Of a stretch of DNA of 64,000 bases, positions 41,201 through 49,198 are shown piece by piece. The stretch spans positions 211,515 to 275,514 of the forward strand of contig CAKPBI010000001.1 in assembly GCA_934140285.1 (NCBI GenBank). Direction: 5' to 3'. Position 1 is the stretch's first letter. Each line of letters opens with the position of its first letter. The notes below the pieces were generated by a model. That model had not been told where the DNA came from, did no database searches, and was given only the letters and a program-made list of their open reading frames with translations. This DNA comes from an uncultured Bacilli bacterium (GTDB lineage: Bacteria > Bacillota_I > Bacilli_A > ML615J-28 > CAG-313). The translations under genes and the position numbers were made by a program.

Positions 41201-42797
41201 AGAATTCCAAATTATAGCTTCAATTGAACCAAGTGATGCATACTTTAAAACAGTATACTATGAATCAAGTAATACTGATATTCTTCAAGTTACATCAACA
41301 GGATTAGTAAAAGCAATCAATGTTGGTACTGCTAAGATAACTATGCGTGACTATATGAGCTTAGTTGTTGTTGAAAGAGAAATAACTGTATATTCACATG
41401 ATTCAATTGATGCAAGTTTTGAAGGTGTATACAATGGAACAATTAAGCCAGAAGATACACTCCAATTAAATGTTAAAGCATTTGGTAAAAATGCAGCCTC
41501 TGCAACATTTGTATTTGAATCATTAAATCCAGAAATTGTTTCTGTATCTGCAACTGGTTTAATTACAGCTATAAAAGATGGCTATGCAGAAATATTAATT
41601 AAGACAGTTGGTATGGAAGCTAACCTAACAATTGGTGTTACTGTTAAATCATTAGGAAATGAAACAAGTATTGATAAATTATTATCATTATTAGTAAATG
41701 GTCATTTCTCAACAGTACAAAGTGGCAACGTAAGCTTATATAATGATGGTACAACTAAAGTATTTGTTCCAACATATGGAAGTGTAAATAGATTCTTATT
41801 TGATGAATATGTTGTTAATGAAACATATTATGCAAAAACTGAAACGAACCCAAATAATCACAAAGATCGTCGTGACGTTGATACAATTGAATTCGTAACT
41901 ATTCATGATACAGCAACTCTTACTGGTACCGTTGAATCAATTGCTCAAGTAATGTCATCAGGCGAAACATCAATTCATTATACAGTTGGTAATGATGCGA
42001 TATTTGGTGTTGTACCAGAAAAATACATTGCATACCATGCTGGTGATGGAACTAAGAATACATTTGTTTGGACTAAGACAAATGCAAAAGCAACACAAAA
42101 TGTAAAACCTGAATATGATGTAGTCAATGTTGACGGAAAATACTACTTAAGTGTAAATAATGAAGTAACGACAATTACTATTCCAAGTACGGGAACAAAA
42201 GAACCAACAAAAGATTTATTCACTCATTTAGGTCCTGTATGGAAAGTTATTGATGGCTATTATTACATTGGCGGACCATTATGGTATTCTGATTATGGAA
42301 GAATTTCATCATTTGGTGGAAACTGTAATTCAATTGGTATTGAAATGTGTGTTAATACATCAGGTGATATATATGATACATGGCAAAGAACCGCAATGCT
42401 TGTTGCAGATATCTTAATTAGAAATAATCTTGATCCAACCAGAGTTAAGCAACACAATACATGGTCAGGTAAGAACTGTCCTCAATCTGTAATTGAAGGA
42501 AGCTTCTGGCAATGCATGATGGAAATGATCGAACTACAATATGAAGTAAGAACTAAATATAAAGATGCAAAAATTTCGATTGTATCTCATAATCCTGAAA
42601 TTGTTGATAACACTGGTAGAGTAATTAGTGCTCCTGAAAAAACAACAACAGTAGCTTATACATTAAAAGTTGAACTAAATGGTGAAACAAGAGAAATCAA
42701 ACTATATAGTGTTATTCCTGGTACAACTACTTGGGAACAATGGAATGGAAGCTATCCTGCAAGTAGAATTTGGAACAATAAGGTATATGCACGTTAA
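35247..42797 (+). CDS. Giant (2516 aa) surface lipoprotein. Domain order is Big_2 x2, GDPD-like phosphodiesterase, LB repeats, two right-handed beta-helix modules, Big_2 x2, and a C-terminal MurNAc-L-Ala amidase (amidase_2)
   Basis: Lipobox GIIAC; RBS AGAGGTAAG; domain motifs are listed in the sub-features. Confidence 0.9.
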   Translation: MKKGFLLLVACLLTLGIIACQTTSAELSIENKDVSLEVGETHKLDVKVVNDDDPIFSYKVVDPSIVRVEKGIVTALREGETDVEIGVKYVKGNKVTVHFTVKDNRKISLSADSVYLKAGETTKLEILPKDVFLVDDTCVWSSSDPSVATVKDGIVKAIGAGTAIISVEVDGLKAEITIAVEKEVDVIKPEFILGEGIAEKNFLNWNKPFNPLDGIQAIDNVDGDITSKIEVVGEVDNQTYGFYELTYRVQDEAGNKAEFKRTIEVVWNYDVTFIGHAGSYYGLMNSEEAFLYAVQVLKYQALECDLKQTSDGVFVMSHDETFGGYTISTTPWSVLKDVEVTKSRKAGFPAQNGSVTKDTYTTKLCTLERYLEICRQYNAKAVIELKSSAGITNSDQSRMQALMDEIEKAGMREDTIFLGSQYNCLIWTRENGYSDVECQYLVNSCESDTILERCKKYDLDVSINVTASYSNSEEWLAKYKEAGLKISTYTFTQYVDYPTVQEWINKGADYVTCDWQLMSKLNLPESSNDPDSNITHKVIFKDYDGKVLKEAVVKDGRAAAAPKDPTRLGYRFTGWDKSIVNVKQDLEVTALYEICEYTITYDKNLTTIIKSKWNNKDEFVNELYTDLYNWFITNAEYISTYVQVQNGKVTITKNGQTTSFSNVEELKAIDIYVFEKTVSNFIYQPVKRDSEGKAVIEHSESYFLNSDAYREKYQAMDQYFYNAVKNGYPAYDNTYTPTSAGKIQILFRFHQWVKGTTIAAFNELPAKYIVKDNNEVQAELPTTNLKYTVEDEFDLPSATANVNFLGWFLDRECTIAITKITKGMTGNLVLYAKWEYTIPVVNSKITFELDGGEFEEGYVVPTTYEEGKELVLATPVKEGYIFLGWTLEKDSTEYITSISAAQTGDVTVYAAWKEEAVAVDEILVGPNEEYKTIKDALLVATTNTKIYVKSGTYSEDLVVAYDGIQLIGPNSGMDGTSDKRAVEAIISGKITISKNVKDVKILGFNLTNTTSVYGEGDNENIVVKYNVIEGTAASAGTSGAGIGQIHFVGAIINLVVEHNKFTLKSNVNYYSCVYSQGLITGAEINHNYVTNNCSTSQNVFAFWLRNAAGVINMNENIAYRFAGNYWTFWVGQDKLAENTKITMRDNNFDSDSAANAECGMAVHHAEYESIEINYIGNTFSYCKDTVFSVQGKSTTDTTSTPHITIMYNKILNTSARMRFCVNAKNFYFGKNYSALAYTDQGTPNIKAAEIAKDDFKSTMELDDAYAETKMCAINYELDGGTLPEGAPTKYLPGYATRLVAPTKDGYKFLGWSLTKDGNEYITLIPETATGDLTLYAKFKEIKPSLMVGEGQTYKTLEEALAAATDGDTIEFVSGTYAGGTIAKSVTIIGPNKDINPNKDTRQNEAIFTSDLIIEANNVEINGITLTGEARIVGSESTSIENLTINYILFDNSKVAGSKTAPFYFVPATGVSYKNVVIKYSRINKGTGRQMILYGLEFENLTITNNEFYGPYQTYNDGIKIDDIGAFGTKGEINISDNVFDGYQQYVIWFLRYSYGNYTIESNKYNNIGLAEYHAGVTFKTYSGSKDDELKINYRFNKITNGYMLFRFEEAKVLNGDNCMINVNYNIRENCSGDLFVKNVNPDVIVNADKNYWGTTTLLEKNFLNVTTYADAYQNAQDVPSKEEVEGGSSETKIYSKIIYVLDGGEVSASTRYLEGKEYILPIPTKEDYRFVGWSLTPDGSQIITAISTTTTGDVTVYAIWEAIEYYNITYIYNGGYSNEGLYQNRGENPIAITINNYNNSDGSFWSGKYATDIFITDSSCDPKATFSDRIYIAKNKENGLYEVVSFLQSGASSWPEGAEYVISISNSYNAYYLNIKPITNKIKVGQYVVFGGNIESINNANPTEVCFFDELPTCDQVTVKVGTNDELIKPGLLGYKFLGWFENDKLITSISELKGDTTLSAKWEALNPATGIKIDAFKDEMLTNEEFQIIASIEPSDAYFKTVYYESSNTDILQVTSTGLVKAINVGTAKITMRDYMSLVVVEREITVYSHDSIDASFEGVYNGTIKPEDTLQLNVKAFGKNAASATFVFESLNPEIVSVSATGLITAIKDGYAEILIKTVGMEANLTIGVTVKSLGNETSIDKLLSLLVNGHFSTVQSGNVSLYNDGTTKVFVPTYGSVNRFLFDEYVVNETYYAKTETNPNNHKDRRDVDTIEFVTIHDTATLTGTVESIAQVMSSGETSIHYTVGNDAIFGVVPEKYIAYHAGDGTKNTFVWTKTNAKATQNVKPEYDVVNVDGKYYLSVNNEVTTITIPSTGTKEPTKDLFTHLGPVWKVIDGYYYIGGPLWYSDYGRISSFGGNCNSIGIEMCVNTSGDIYDTWQRTAMLVADILIRNNLDPTRVKQHNTWSGKNCPQSVIEGSFWQCMMEMIELQYEVRTKYKDAKISIVSHNPEIVDNTGRVISAPEKTTTVAYTLKVELNGETREIKLYSVIPGTTTWEQWNGSYPASRIWNNKVYAR
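36046..36795 (+). other. GDPD-like (glycerophosphodiester phosphodiesterase / PI-PLC-X-like) domain with H-A-G in place of the usual H-R-G
   Basis: FIGHAGSYYG followed by ECDLKQTSDGVFVMSHDETF, which corresponds to the E.D..T.DG..V..HD motif. Confidence 0.55.
37995..39010 (+). other. Right-handed parallel beta-helix module 1 (pectate-lyase-like)
   Basis: Opening segment VGPNEEYKTIKDALLVATTNTKIYVKSGTYSE, then repetitive rungs with N/G at turns. Confidence 0.55.
39290..40250 (+). other. Right-handed parallel beta-helix module 2
   Basis: MVGEGQTYKTLEEALAAATDGDTIEFVSGTYAG opening parallels module 1; NxxI rungs. Confidence 0.55.
41870..42520 (+). other. C-terminal amidase_2 (MurNAc-L-Ala amidase) domain carrying the same inserted subdomain as the 1-3543 protein
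   Basis: IEFVTIHDTA..AYHAGDG..IGIE..KQHN..GKNCPQ. Confidence 0.7.
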
Positions 42798-42799
42798 TA

Positions 42800-42838
42800 A
42801 AAAAGGTGTCTCATTAATTTGAGACACCTTCTCTTCAT
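42800..42838 (+). terminator. Terminator after the giant gene
   Basis: AAGGTGTCTCA-ttaattt-GAGACACCTT; weak U-tract. Confidence 0.6.
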
Positions 42839-42973
42839 AAAAATAAAAAGATATATTTCTTGCAAAAAATAAGAAGATATGATATAATAATAAAGCAATA
42901 CATGGTATTCCGCTGATATAAACCAAGTTGATATGGAATATGAATGAATACCAGAAGATAAAGGAGAGATAAT

Positions 42974-43324
42974 ATGAGTCAACAATTAATTAAAGCAGTA
43001 ACTCAATCTTACATGAGAAATGATGTTCCTGAATTCCGTCCAGGTGACACTGTAAAAGTACATGTTAAGATTAAAGAAGGTGACCGCGAAAGAATCCAAA
43101 TTTTTGAAGGATTAGTAATTGGCCGTCATGGTGGTGGCATTAGTGAAACTTACACAGTTCGTAAGATTTCATCTGGTGTTGGAGTTGAAAGAATTTTCCC
43201 TGTTCATTCACCAATGGTTGCTAAAATTGAAGTTGTACGTCTTGGTCGTGTACGTCGTGCTAAACTTAACTACATCCGTGGTTTATCAGCTAAATCTGCA
43301 AGAATCAAAGAACGTCGTAACTAA
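42974..43324 (+). CDS. rplS: 50S ribosomal protein L19
   Basis: Canonical L19 sequence ([23 protein letters not shown]). Confidence 0.97.
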   Translation: MSQQLIKAVTQSYMRNDVPEFRPGDTVKVHVKIKEGDRERIQIFEGLVIGRHGGGISETYTVRKISSGVGVERIFPVHSPMVAKIEVVRLGRVRRAKLNYIRGLSAKSARIKERRN

Positions 43325-43347
43325 TTTAAAACAAAAAAACGAAAAGT

Positions 43348-43382
43348 TAAAAGTGCTAGAAATAGCACTTTTTCTTTTTTTA
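43348..43382 (+). terminator. Rho-independent terminator after rplS
   Basis: AAAGTGCTA-gaaa-TAGCACTTT followed by TTCTTTTTTT. Confidence 0.85.
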
Positions 43383-43484
43383 AAAATTACATGTAATATA
43401 TATTCCTAATTTACTTGAAAATGATTAAGAAAAATGATATAATATGTAAAAGAAGTGTCTTTTATTAAAGTCTAGGAGGTCCCT

Positions 43485-45299
43485 ATGGAAGAAAGTAAAA
43501 ATAAAATGATTGTAAAAACAATAATAGGTACAGTATTATTTGTTTTAGCAATTGCTGTAATTATTGTAAGCACAATGATTAAACGTCCAGTTGTTAAATT
43601 TGTTAATGACGATGGAAGTGTAATAGCAGAGGTAAAAACTGCTATCGGTAAAGCTGCTACACAACCTGCTGTTAAGAATTTAACATCTAGTAAAACTCCT
43701 GAAAAAGGATATAGATATGTATTTGCTGGATGGGAACCAAGTATAGAAAATATTCAAAAGGATACCACTGTGACAGCAAAATATAATAAGGTTGCAGTAT
43801 TTTATACAATTACTTTTGAATTAAATGGTGGAAGTTTTAGTGCAAGTACAACTATACCAACAAATTATACAGTTGAAAAAGAAGTTAATTTACCAACTCC
43901 TACAAGAGAAGGTTGTACTTTCTTAGGTTGGAAGGATGCATCTGGAACTGCAGTTACTAAAATTGAACAAGGTGAAATTGGAAATAAAGTTTTCACAGCA
44001 TCTTGGAATGCTCCAACTCATAAGATTACCTATGAACTAAATGGTGGAACTTGTGATAACCTAGTTACTTCATTTACAATTCTAGATAGCTTTAAACTAC
44101 CAACACCAACAAAAGAAAATATGGTATTTACTGGTTGGTATACTTCACCTGATTTTAATGAAGATTCATTAATTACAGAAATTAAATTAGGCACTGATGA
44201 AGACATTACTCTTTATGCAGAATGGTCATATAATGTTACTTATGAACTAGATGGTGGTTTTAACGAAAGATTAACAGCTACTACATATAATAGTTCAAAA
44301 GGATTGAAACTTTCTGTTCCAACTAAATATGGTTATCGTTTTGATGGTTGGTATAGTGAACCTGAATTTATAAATAAAATAGAATCAATCGCCAAAGGAA
44401 CTAATGAAGATATTACTTTATATGCTAAATTCCTACCAGCTGAAGATGGCGTTGTCTTCGTTGAAAATGGCAAAAAATATGTATTCTTCGGAAGTTATGT
44501 TCAAAGTGTTGTTACAGATGCTGAAACTATCAATGCATTAAAAGCTCTTTCAACAGATGCTAAATCTGAAGAAATTGTATATAATGGTAAAAAGTATGTA
44601 AAAGTAGAACCTACCCCTGCTAATTCAATTTATCAATTTGATAGACTTACTTATTATAGAAATACTCCAACTATGACAATTGGAACAAGTAAAGAAGTTA
44701 ACTATTATTACTTCAATGTTGATCCAATTAAATGGAGAGTAATTAGTGAAGATAATGACACAATGACTTTATTTAGTGAATATGTTTTAGATGTTTATAA
44801 GTTTAATGAAACTGCAAATAACGACTACGAAAAATCACAAATTAAATCATGGTTAAATGAAGTGTTCTACAAAAATGCTTTTAGTGAAGCTCAACAACAA
44901 AGAATAGTAAAAACTAAAGTTGACAACTCTGCTTCAACAACATATGCATCAAGTAATCCAATGGCATCTAATGACACAGAAGATTTTGTTTTCTTACTAT
45001 CTTATGCTGATGTAACAAACGCAAAATATGGCTTTAGTTCTTCATTTGATGTTAATGATATTAATAGAAAAGGAATTGCAACAGAATACTTACGTGCTAA
45101 AGGAATTAAAATATCTCCACTATATGCTAACTATGCTAACTGTGACTGGATGTTAAGATCACCATTCTCAAAAGAAGATGGCATAAGTATTGTTAGAGGA
45201 ATGACAGAAAACTTCCAACTTACACCTAATACTGTTGAAAGATATTCAAATGTAACAAAAGAATATGGTGTAAGACCAGCAATTACAATTACAAAATAA
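43485..45299 (+). CDS. N-terminally membrane-anchored surface protein: 4 LB repeats plus a C-terminal DUF6273-like domain
   Basis: Signal-anchor IIGTVLFVLAIAVIIV; GY-F-GW..LYA-W repeats; C-terminal CDWMLRSP..GVRPAITI. Confidence 0.7.
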   Translation: MEESKNKMIVKTIIGTVLFVLAIAVIIVSTMIKRPVVKFVNDDGSVIAEVKTAIGKAATQPAVKNLTSSKTPEKGYRYVFAGWEPSIENIQKDTTVTAKYNKVAVFYTITFELNGGSFSASTTIPTNYTVEKEVNLPTPTREGCTFLGWKDASGTAVTKIEQGEIGNKVFTASWNAPTHKITYELNGGTCDNLVTSFTILDSFKLPTPTKENMVFTGWYTSPDFNEDSLITEIKLGTDEDITLYAEWSYNVTYELDGGFNERLTATTYNSSKGLKLSVPTKYGYRFDGWYSEPEFINKIESIAKGTNEDITLYAKFLPAEDGVVFVENGKKYVFFGSYVQSVVTDAETINALKALSTDAKSEEIVYNGKKYVKVEPTPANSIYQFDRLTYYRNTPTMTIGTSKEVNYYYFNVDPIKWRVISEDNDTMTLFSEYVLDVYKFNETANNDYEKSQIKSWLNEVFYKNAFSEAQQQRIVKTKVDNSASTTYASSNPMASNDTEDFVFLLSYADVTNAKYGFSSSFDVNDINRKGIATEYLRAKGIKISPLYANYANCDWMLRSPFSKEDGISIVRGMTENFQLTPNTVERYSNVTKEYGVRPAITITK

Positions 45300-45302
45300 C
45301 AT

Positions 45303-45330
45303 TAAAAAGCACTTAGGTGCTTTTTATTTA
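45303..45330 (+). terminator. Rho-independent terminator
   Basis: AAAAGCAC-ttag-GTGCTTTT followed by TATTT. Confidence 0.8.
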
Positions 45331-45345
45331 ATTTGGAGGAATAAA

Positions 45346-45810
45346 ATGATTAGAAAAGCAAACAAAGAAGATATTAATGCTTTGAACGAACTTTTGTATC
45401 AAGTTCATAAAGTGCATTCTGATGTAAGACCTGATTTATTTAAATCAGGTGAAAAGAAATACAATGATGAAGAATTATTAGTAATATTAAACGATGATAC
45501 TAAGCCAATCTTTGTATATGAAGAAAATAATATAATTTTAGGATATGCATTCTGTGCCATCATAGATCATAAAAATGATCATTCATTAGTAAGTTATAAA
45601 AGTCTATATATAGATGATTTATGTGTAAATAGTTCAACACGTGGTAAAGGAATAGTAAAACAACTATATGAATATGTTTTGGATTTTGCAAAATCAATAG
45701 GTTGTTATAATGTTACTTTAAATGTATGGGGCTGTAATGATAGTGCTTTAAAGTTTTATGAGAAAATAGGAATGCATATTCAAAAAATAGGAATGGAAAA
45801 AATACTATAA
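45346..45810 (+). CDS. GNAT-family N-acetyltransferase
   Basis: RGKGIVKQLYEY acetyl-CoA binding-like motif; size consistent. Confidence 0.7.
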   Translation: MIRKANKEDINALNELLYQVHKVHSDVRPDLFKSGEKKYNDEELLVILNDDTKPIFVYEENNIILGYAFCAIIDHKNDHSLVSYKSLYIDDLCVNSSTRGKGIVKQLYEYVLDFAKSIGCYNVTLNVWGCNDSALKFYEKIGMHIQKIGMEKIL

Positions 45811-45862
45811 GAAGATATCACCAAATATAGGTAAATAACATAAACTATATTAGGTGATAAAA

Positions 45863-47122
45863 ATGAATTATTTCTTAGTGGGAATTAAAGGAACTGGCAT
45901 GAGTGCTCTCGCAATGCTTCTAAAAGATTTAGGAAATAACGTAGTGGGTAGTGATGAAAATAAAGAATATTTTACAGATCCATTACTTAAAGAAAAAAGC
46001 ATTAAATGGTATCCATTTGGTTCAAAATTAAATAATGATTATATATATATTATTAGTAATGCTTATGATCAAACAAACGTCGATGTAAAAAGTATTATAG
46101 ATAATAAATTTGAATATTACTATTATCATAATTTCATTGGGAAAAAACTAAAAAAAGATATAATTGCAATTTCAGGTACTCATGGAAAAACTACTACTTC
46201 AACTTTCCTCAAAGAAATGTTAAATAATAAAACATCATTTATTATTGGTGATGGTAGTGGTGGTGGAACCAACAAATCTAATTTATTAGTTCTTGAAGCA
46301 TGTGAATATCGTGATCACTTTTTAAGTTACAAACCTAATATATTAGTAATAAATAATATTGAAATGGATCACCCTGATTACTTTAAAGATATTAATCAAA
46401 TGCTTAATTCATATCAAAGATTAGTTAATCAATCCGATTTAGTAGTAGTAAATTATGATGATTCTAATGTAAAAAAATTAAAATTTAAAGCAGTACTAAA
46501 AGTAGGTACTCAAAAAGATGCAGATGTAAAATATCATATTCTAGATGAAACAAAAGATAAAACAAAAGTTCAAATTATCATTGGTAAAACATCATATGAA
46601 ATATCAGTTCCCTTTGTTGGTAAACACTTAGTTTATGATTACGTAATGGCATATATCATATGTATCCTTCTTGGAGAAAAACCAAATGTAACAAATATTA
46701 ATCTTCCTCACCGAAGAATAGAAGAATACCAATATGGAAATACTATCTTAGTAGATGATTATGCCCATCACCCAACGGAAATTAAATCGTTAATTGAAAC
46801 GCTAAAAAAGAAATATCCTGATTATAAAATTAATGCGGTATTTCAACCACATACATATTCAAGAACATTAGCTTTAAAGAAAGAATTTAAAGAAGCTTTT
46901 GATTTGTTTGATTCAATTTATCTCGCAAAAGTATTTACTTCAAAAAGAGAAAGTGAAAATGTATATCAACAATTAAAAATAAATAAAATATTTAAAAATT
47001 ATCGTTCATTTACTCCTAAAATATTAGATTTAATTGACAAAAAGAAATTTGAATTATGGATATTCTTAGGTGCAGGAACAATAAGTAAATATATAAAAGA
47101 ATTAATAAAAAATGAAAATTAA
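45863..47122 (+). CDS. Mur-ligase-family protein (MurC-like UDP-N-acetylmuramate--L-alanine ligase)
   Basis: N-terminal FLVGIKGTGMSALA..GSDE (MurC Rossmann) and ISGTHGKTTTS P-loop. ATG at 45863 after AGGTGA (track start 45854 is GTG). Confidence 0.7.
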   Translation: MNYFLVGIKGTGMSALAMLLKDLGNNVVGSDENKEYFTDPLLKEKSIKWYPFGSKLNNDYIYIISNAYDQTNVDVKSIIDNKFEYYYYHNFIGKKLKKDIIAISGTHGKTTTSTFLKEMLNNKTSFIIGDGSGGGTNKSNLLVLEACEYRDHFLSYKPNILVINNIEMDHPDYFKDINQMLNSYQRLVNQSDLVVVNYDDSNVKKLKFKAVLKVGTQKDADVKYHILDETKDKTKVQIIIGKTSYEISVPFVGKHLVYDYVMAYIICILLGEKPNVTNINLPHRRIEEYQYGNTILVDDYAHHPTEIKSLIETLKKKYPDYKINAVFQPHTYSRTLALKKEFKEAFDLFDSIYLAKVFTSKRESENVYQQLKINKIFKNYRSFTPKILDLIDKKKFELWIFLGAGTISKYIKELIKNEN

Positions 47123-47235
47123 TATTCATAACAATTGTAATTAAATAATTCTTATGCTAAAATAATAGTGTGGTAAGTTAAATATACCCTTGATAGTTTT
47201 AAAAATTACCTAAGGGAAATAAATGCTAATATATG

Positions 47236-47270
47236 AACTCTCTTTAGGTTGAAACTAAAGAGAGTTTTAC
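47236..47270 (+). terminator. Terminator-like hairpin after the Mur-ligase gene
   Basis: AACTCTCTTTAG-N7-CTAAAGAGAGTT followed by TTAC; short U-tract. Confidence 0.5.
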
Positions 47271-47294
47271 GCATATATAAAGGGAGGTATAAAT

Positions 47295-47858
47295 ATGATA
47301 CGCAAGATCGTTAAATTGTTTCTAGTATTGGGCGTGATTCTTTTCAGCATGCTAATAACTTCTTGTTATAAAGAAGAAAAGTTTACATTTAGTGAAGAAA
47401 AATATGAATACGTAGGTGAACAATTTACATTTTATAATGATGTAGAAATTAAATATATTAGTTTGAATTTTACAAGTACAGATGATTCCAATGATAAAAC
47501 TAATATTTTAGTAAATAGAAAAAATAAAACTCCTTATTATGTTGACTTTTATTTTGAAGATGTAAATCAAAAAGGGGTGTTCTGCAATTTTCAATCTTTA
47601 GAAAAAGTTGGTGATCAAACTGACAAATATTATATAGAATTGGATATTTCAAAATTAATTAATGTTGAGAATGCCATAGCAGTAATGGTTTTAACTATTA
47701 CTAATCCTAACTATGAAAATAATGAAATAGCTACTGATGTTGCAACTAGAATAATATTGGAACTAAAAAAATTTACAATTGATAAAACTAATGTCGATGT
47801 GACAGAATATTCATTTCCTTCCAAATTGATATTACAACTAAAAAATGAAAATGAATAA
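47295..47858 (+). CDS. Hypothetical lipoprotein
   Basis: Lipobox LITSC; RBS AAGGGAGG. Confidence 0.6.
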   Translation: MIRKIVKLFLVLGVILFSMLITSCYKEEKFTFSEEKYEYVGEQFTFYNDVEIKYISLNFTSTDDSNDKTNILVNRKNKTPYYVDFYFEDVNQKGVFCNFQSLEKVGDQTDKYYIELDISKLINVENAIAVMVLTITNPNYENNEIATDVATRIILELKKFTIDKTNVDVTEYSFPSKLILQLKNENE

Positions 47859-47876
47859 AAAATTTTCATTTTTTTA
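47844..47876 (+). terminator. Terminator overlapping the lipoprotein stop codon
   Basis: AATGAAAAT-N8-ATTTTCATT followed by TTTTT. Confidence 0.6.
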
Positions 47877-47905
47877 TTGCAATAAAAATCGAAATATGGT
47901 ATAAT
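47877..47905 (+). promoter_or_regulatory. Sigma-A promoter of the LacI-family gene
   Basis: TTGCAA-17-TATAAT. Confidence 0.6.
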
Positions 47906-47936
47906 GTTATTGAAAAATAATTAAATGAGGTGCTTT

Positions 47937-48968
47937 ATGAAAGGAGATAACAAATACAGTTCACAAATTAAAATTTATGATGTAGCTGGTGCTGCAGGTG
48001 TATCGCTTGCGACTGTTTCACGTGTTCTTAATCACCCAGAAAAAGTTAAACCAGGAACAAGAGAACGCATAAACAAGATTATACGTGAATTAGGCTACAA
48101 ACCTAATCTAAATGCTAAAGGTCTTGCAAGCTCAAAATCTACGACGGTAGCAGTAGTAGTACCTGAACTAACTAGAAGTAGTATTGCTGGTATGGTAGAT
48201 GGTATTGCTGACTGTGCAATTAAACGTGGTTATTTACTAAGACTTTTTGTTAATAGACCTACACAAAATGTTGATCAAGTAAAAGACAGCGAAAAAGAAC
48301 TTTGGAGCATCGTTATGAGCTCAAGTGTTGATGGTGTTTTATATATCAATGATGAAATAACTGAAGAACACCTAGAAATCATGCGTGATTTAAATACAAG
48401 TTTAGTTTTAACAAATACAGTATGTAGTGATAAAGAAATCCCTTCTGTATCAATTGATTATTTTAAAGCGGCTTATGATATCACCAAAGAAATGATATCA
48501 CGTGGAAATAAAAAAATTTGGATTGTTACAACATTGCGTAAGTATGTTGTTAATGACTTAAAAGTAGAAGGATACTTAAAGGCAATGGAAGAAGCGGGAC
48601 TAGAACCTTATGTATTAAAAGTTCCAGGAAAAACCGAATTGAACCAACCTGAATATCGTGAACATTTAGAGAAAGATCATCCTGATGTCGCAATAGTAGT
48701 ACGTGACTCAATGGCAGTATCTTTAATCAATGTTGCAAGAATACTTCATATTGAAATCCCACAACAAATGCAAGTAATTGGTTTCCAAAATACTAAATAT
48801 GCAGAATTATCAAGACCAACACTTACATGTATCAATACTCCAATTTATGAACTTGGAGAAGCTGCAATGGATTTATTAACAGAATTAATGGAAGATCGTT
48901 TACCAGAAGGAAAATCAATTAATCAATTGATTGACTTTGATATAATTTGGCGTGATTCAACAAAATAG
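47937..48968 (+). CDS. LacI-family transcriptional regulator
   Basis: HTH IYDVAGAAGVSLATVSRVLN; periplasmic-binding-protein-like C-terminal domain. Start is probably ATG 47937 (track start 47925). Confidence 0.85.
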   Translation: MKGDNKYSSQIKIYDVAGAAGVSLATVSRVLNHPEKVKPGTRERINKIIRELGYKPNLNAKGLASSKSTTVAVVVPELTRSSIAGMVDGIADCAIKRGYLLRLFVNRPTQNVDQVKDSEKELWSIVMSSSVDGVLYINDEITEEHLEIMRDLNTSLVLTNTVCSDKEIPSVSIDYFKAAYDITKEMISRGNKKIWIVTTLRKYVVNDLKVEGYLKAMEEAGLEPYVLKVPGKTELNQPEYREHLEKDHPDVAIVVRDSMAVSLINVARILHIEIPQQMQVIGFQNTKYAELSRPTLTCINTPIYELGEAAMDLLTELMEDRLPEGKSINQLIDFDIIWRDSTK

Positions 48969-48970
48969 TA

Positions 48971-49172
48971 GTAAAATAAATGGCACATAGAGAACTACTT
49001 GGACGGTGGAAAAGTAGACAAGTTTATTTTATGAATTACATACATTCCCTATCAACAAAGTGCAAGATATATTCTTGAATGAAGGTGGTACCGCGGGAAT
49101 AATGCAATATGCATTGTTATCGTCCTTTAAAGATTGCTTTTTTAAGCATTTCTTTAGGGGACTTTTATTTTA
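48971..49172 (+). ncRNA. T-box riboswitch leader (tRNA-Tyr responsive) of tyrS
   Basis: Conserved T-box sequence AATGAAGGTGGTACCGCGGG (about 49076-49097). Candidate Stem I GTAAAATAAA...TTTATTTTAT encloses AGAGA and a UAC (Tyr) specifier at 48996-48998. Terminator GTCCTTTAAAG..CTTTAGGGGAC (49122-49162) plus a U-tract lies immediately upstream of the tyrS RBS. Confidence 0.7.
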
Positions 49173-49198
49173 TTATAAAAAGGAAAGAGGAAAACAAA

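Noticed and set aside
43119-43409. 96-aa ORF overlapping rplS in another frame
   Set aside because: Off-frame within a universally conserved ribosomal protein gene and its terminator.
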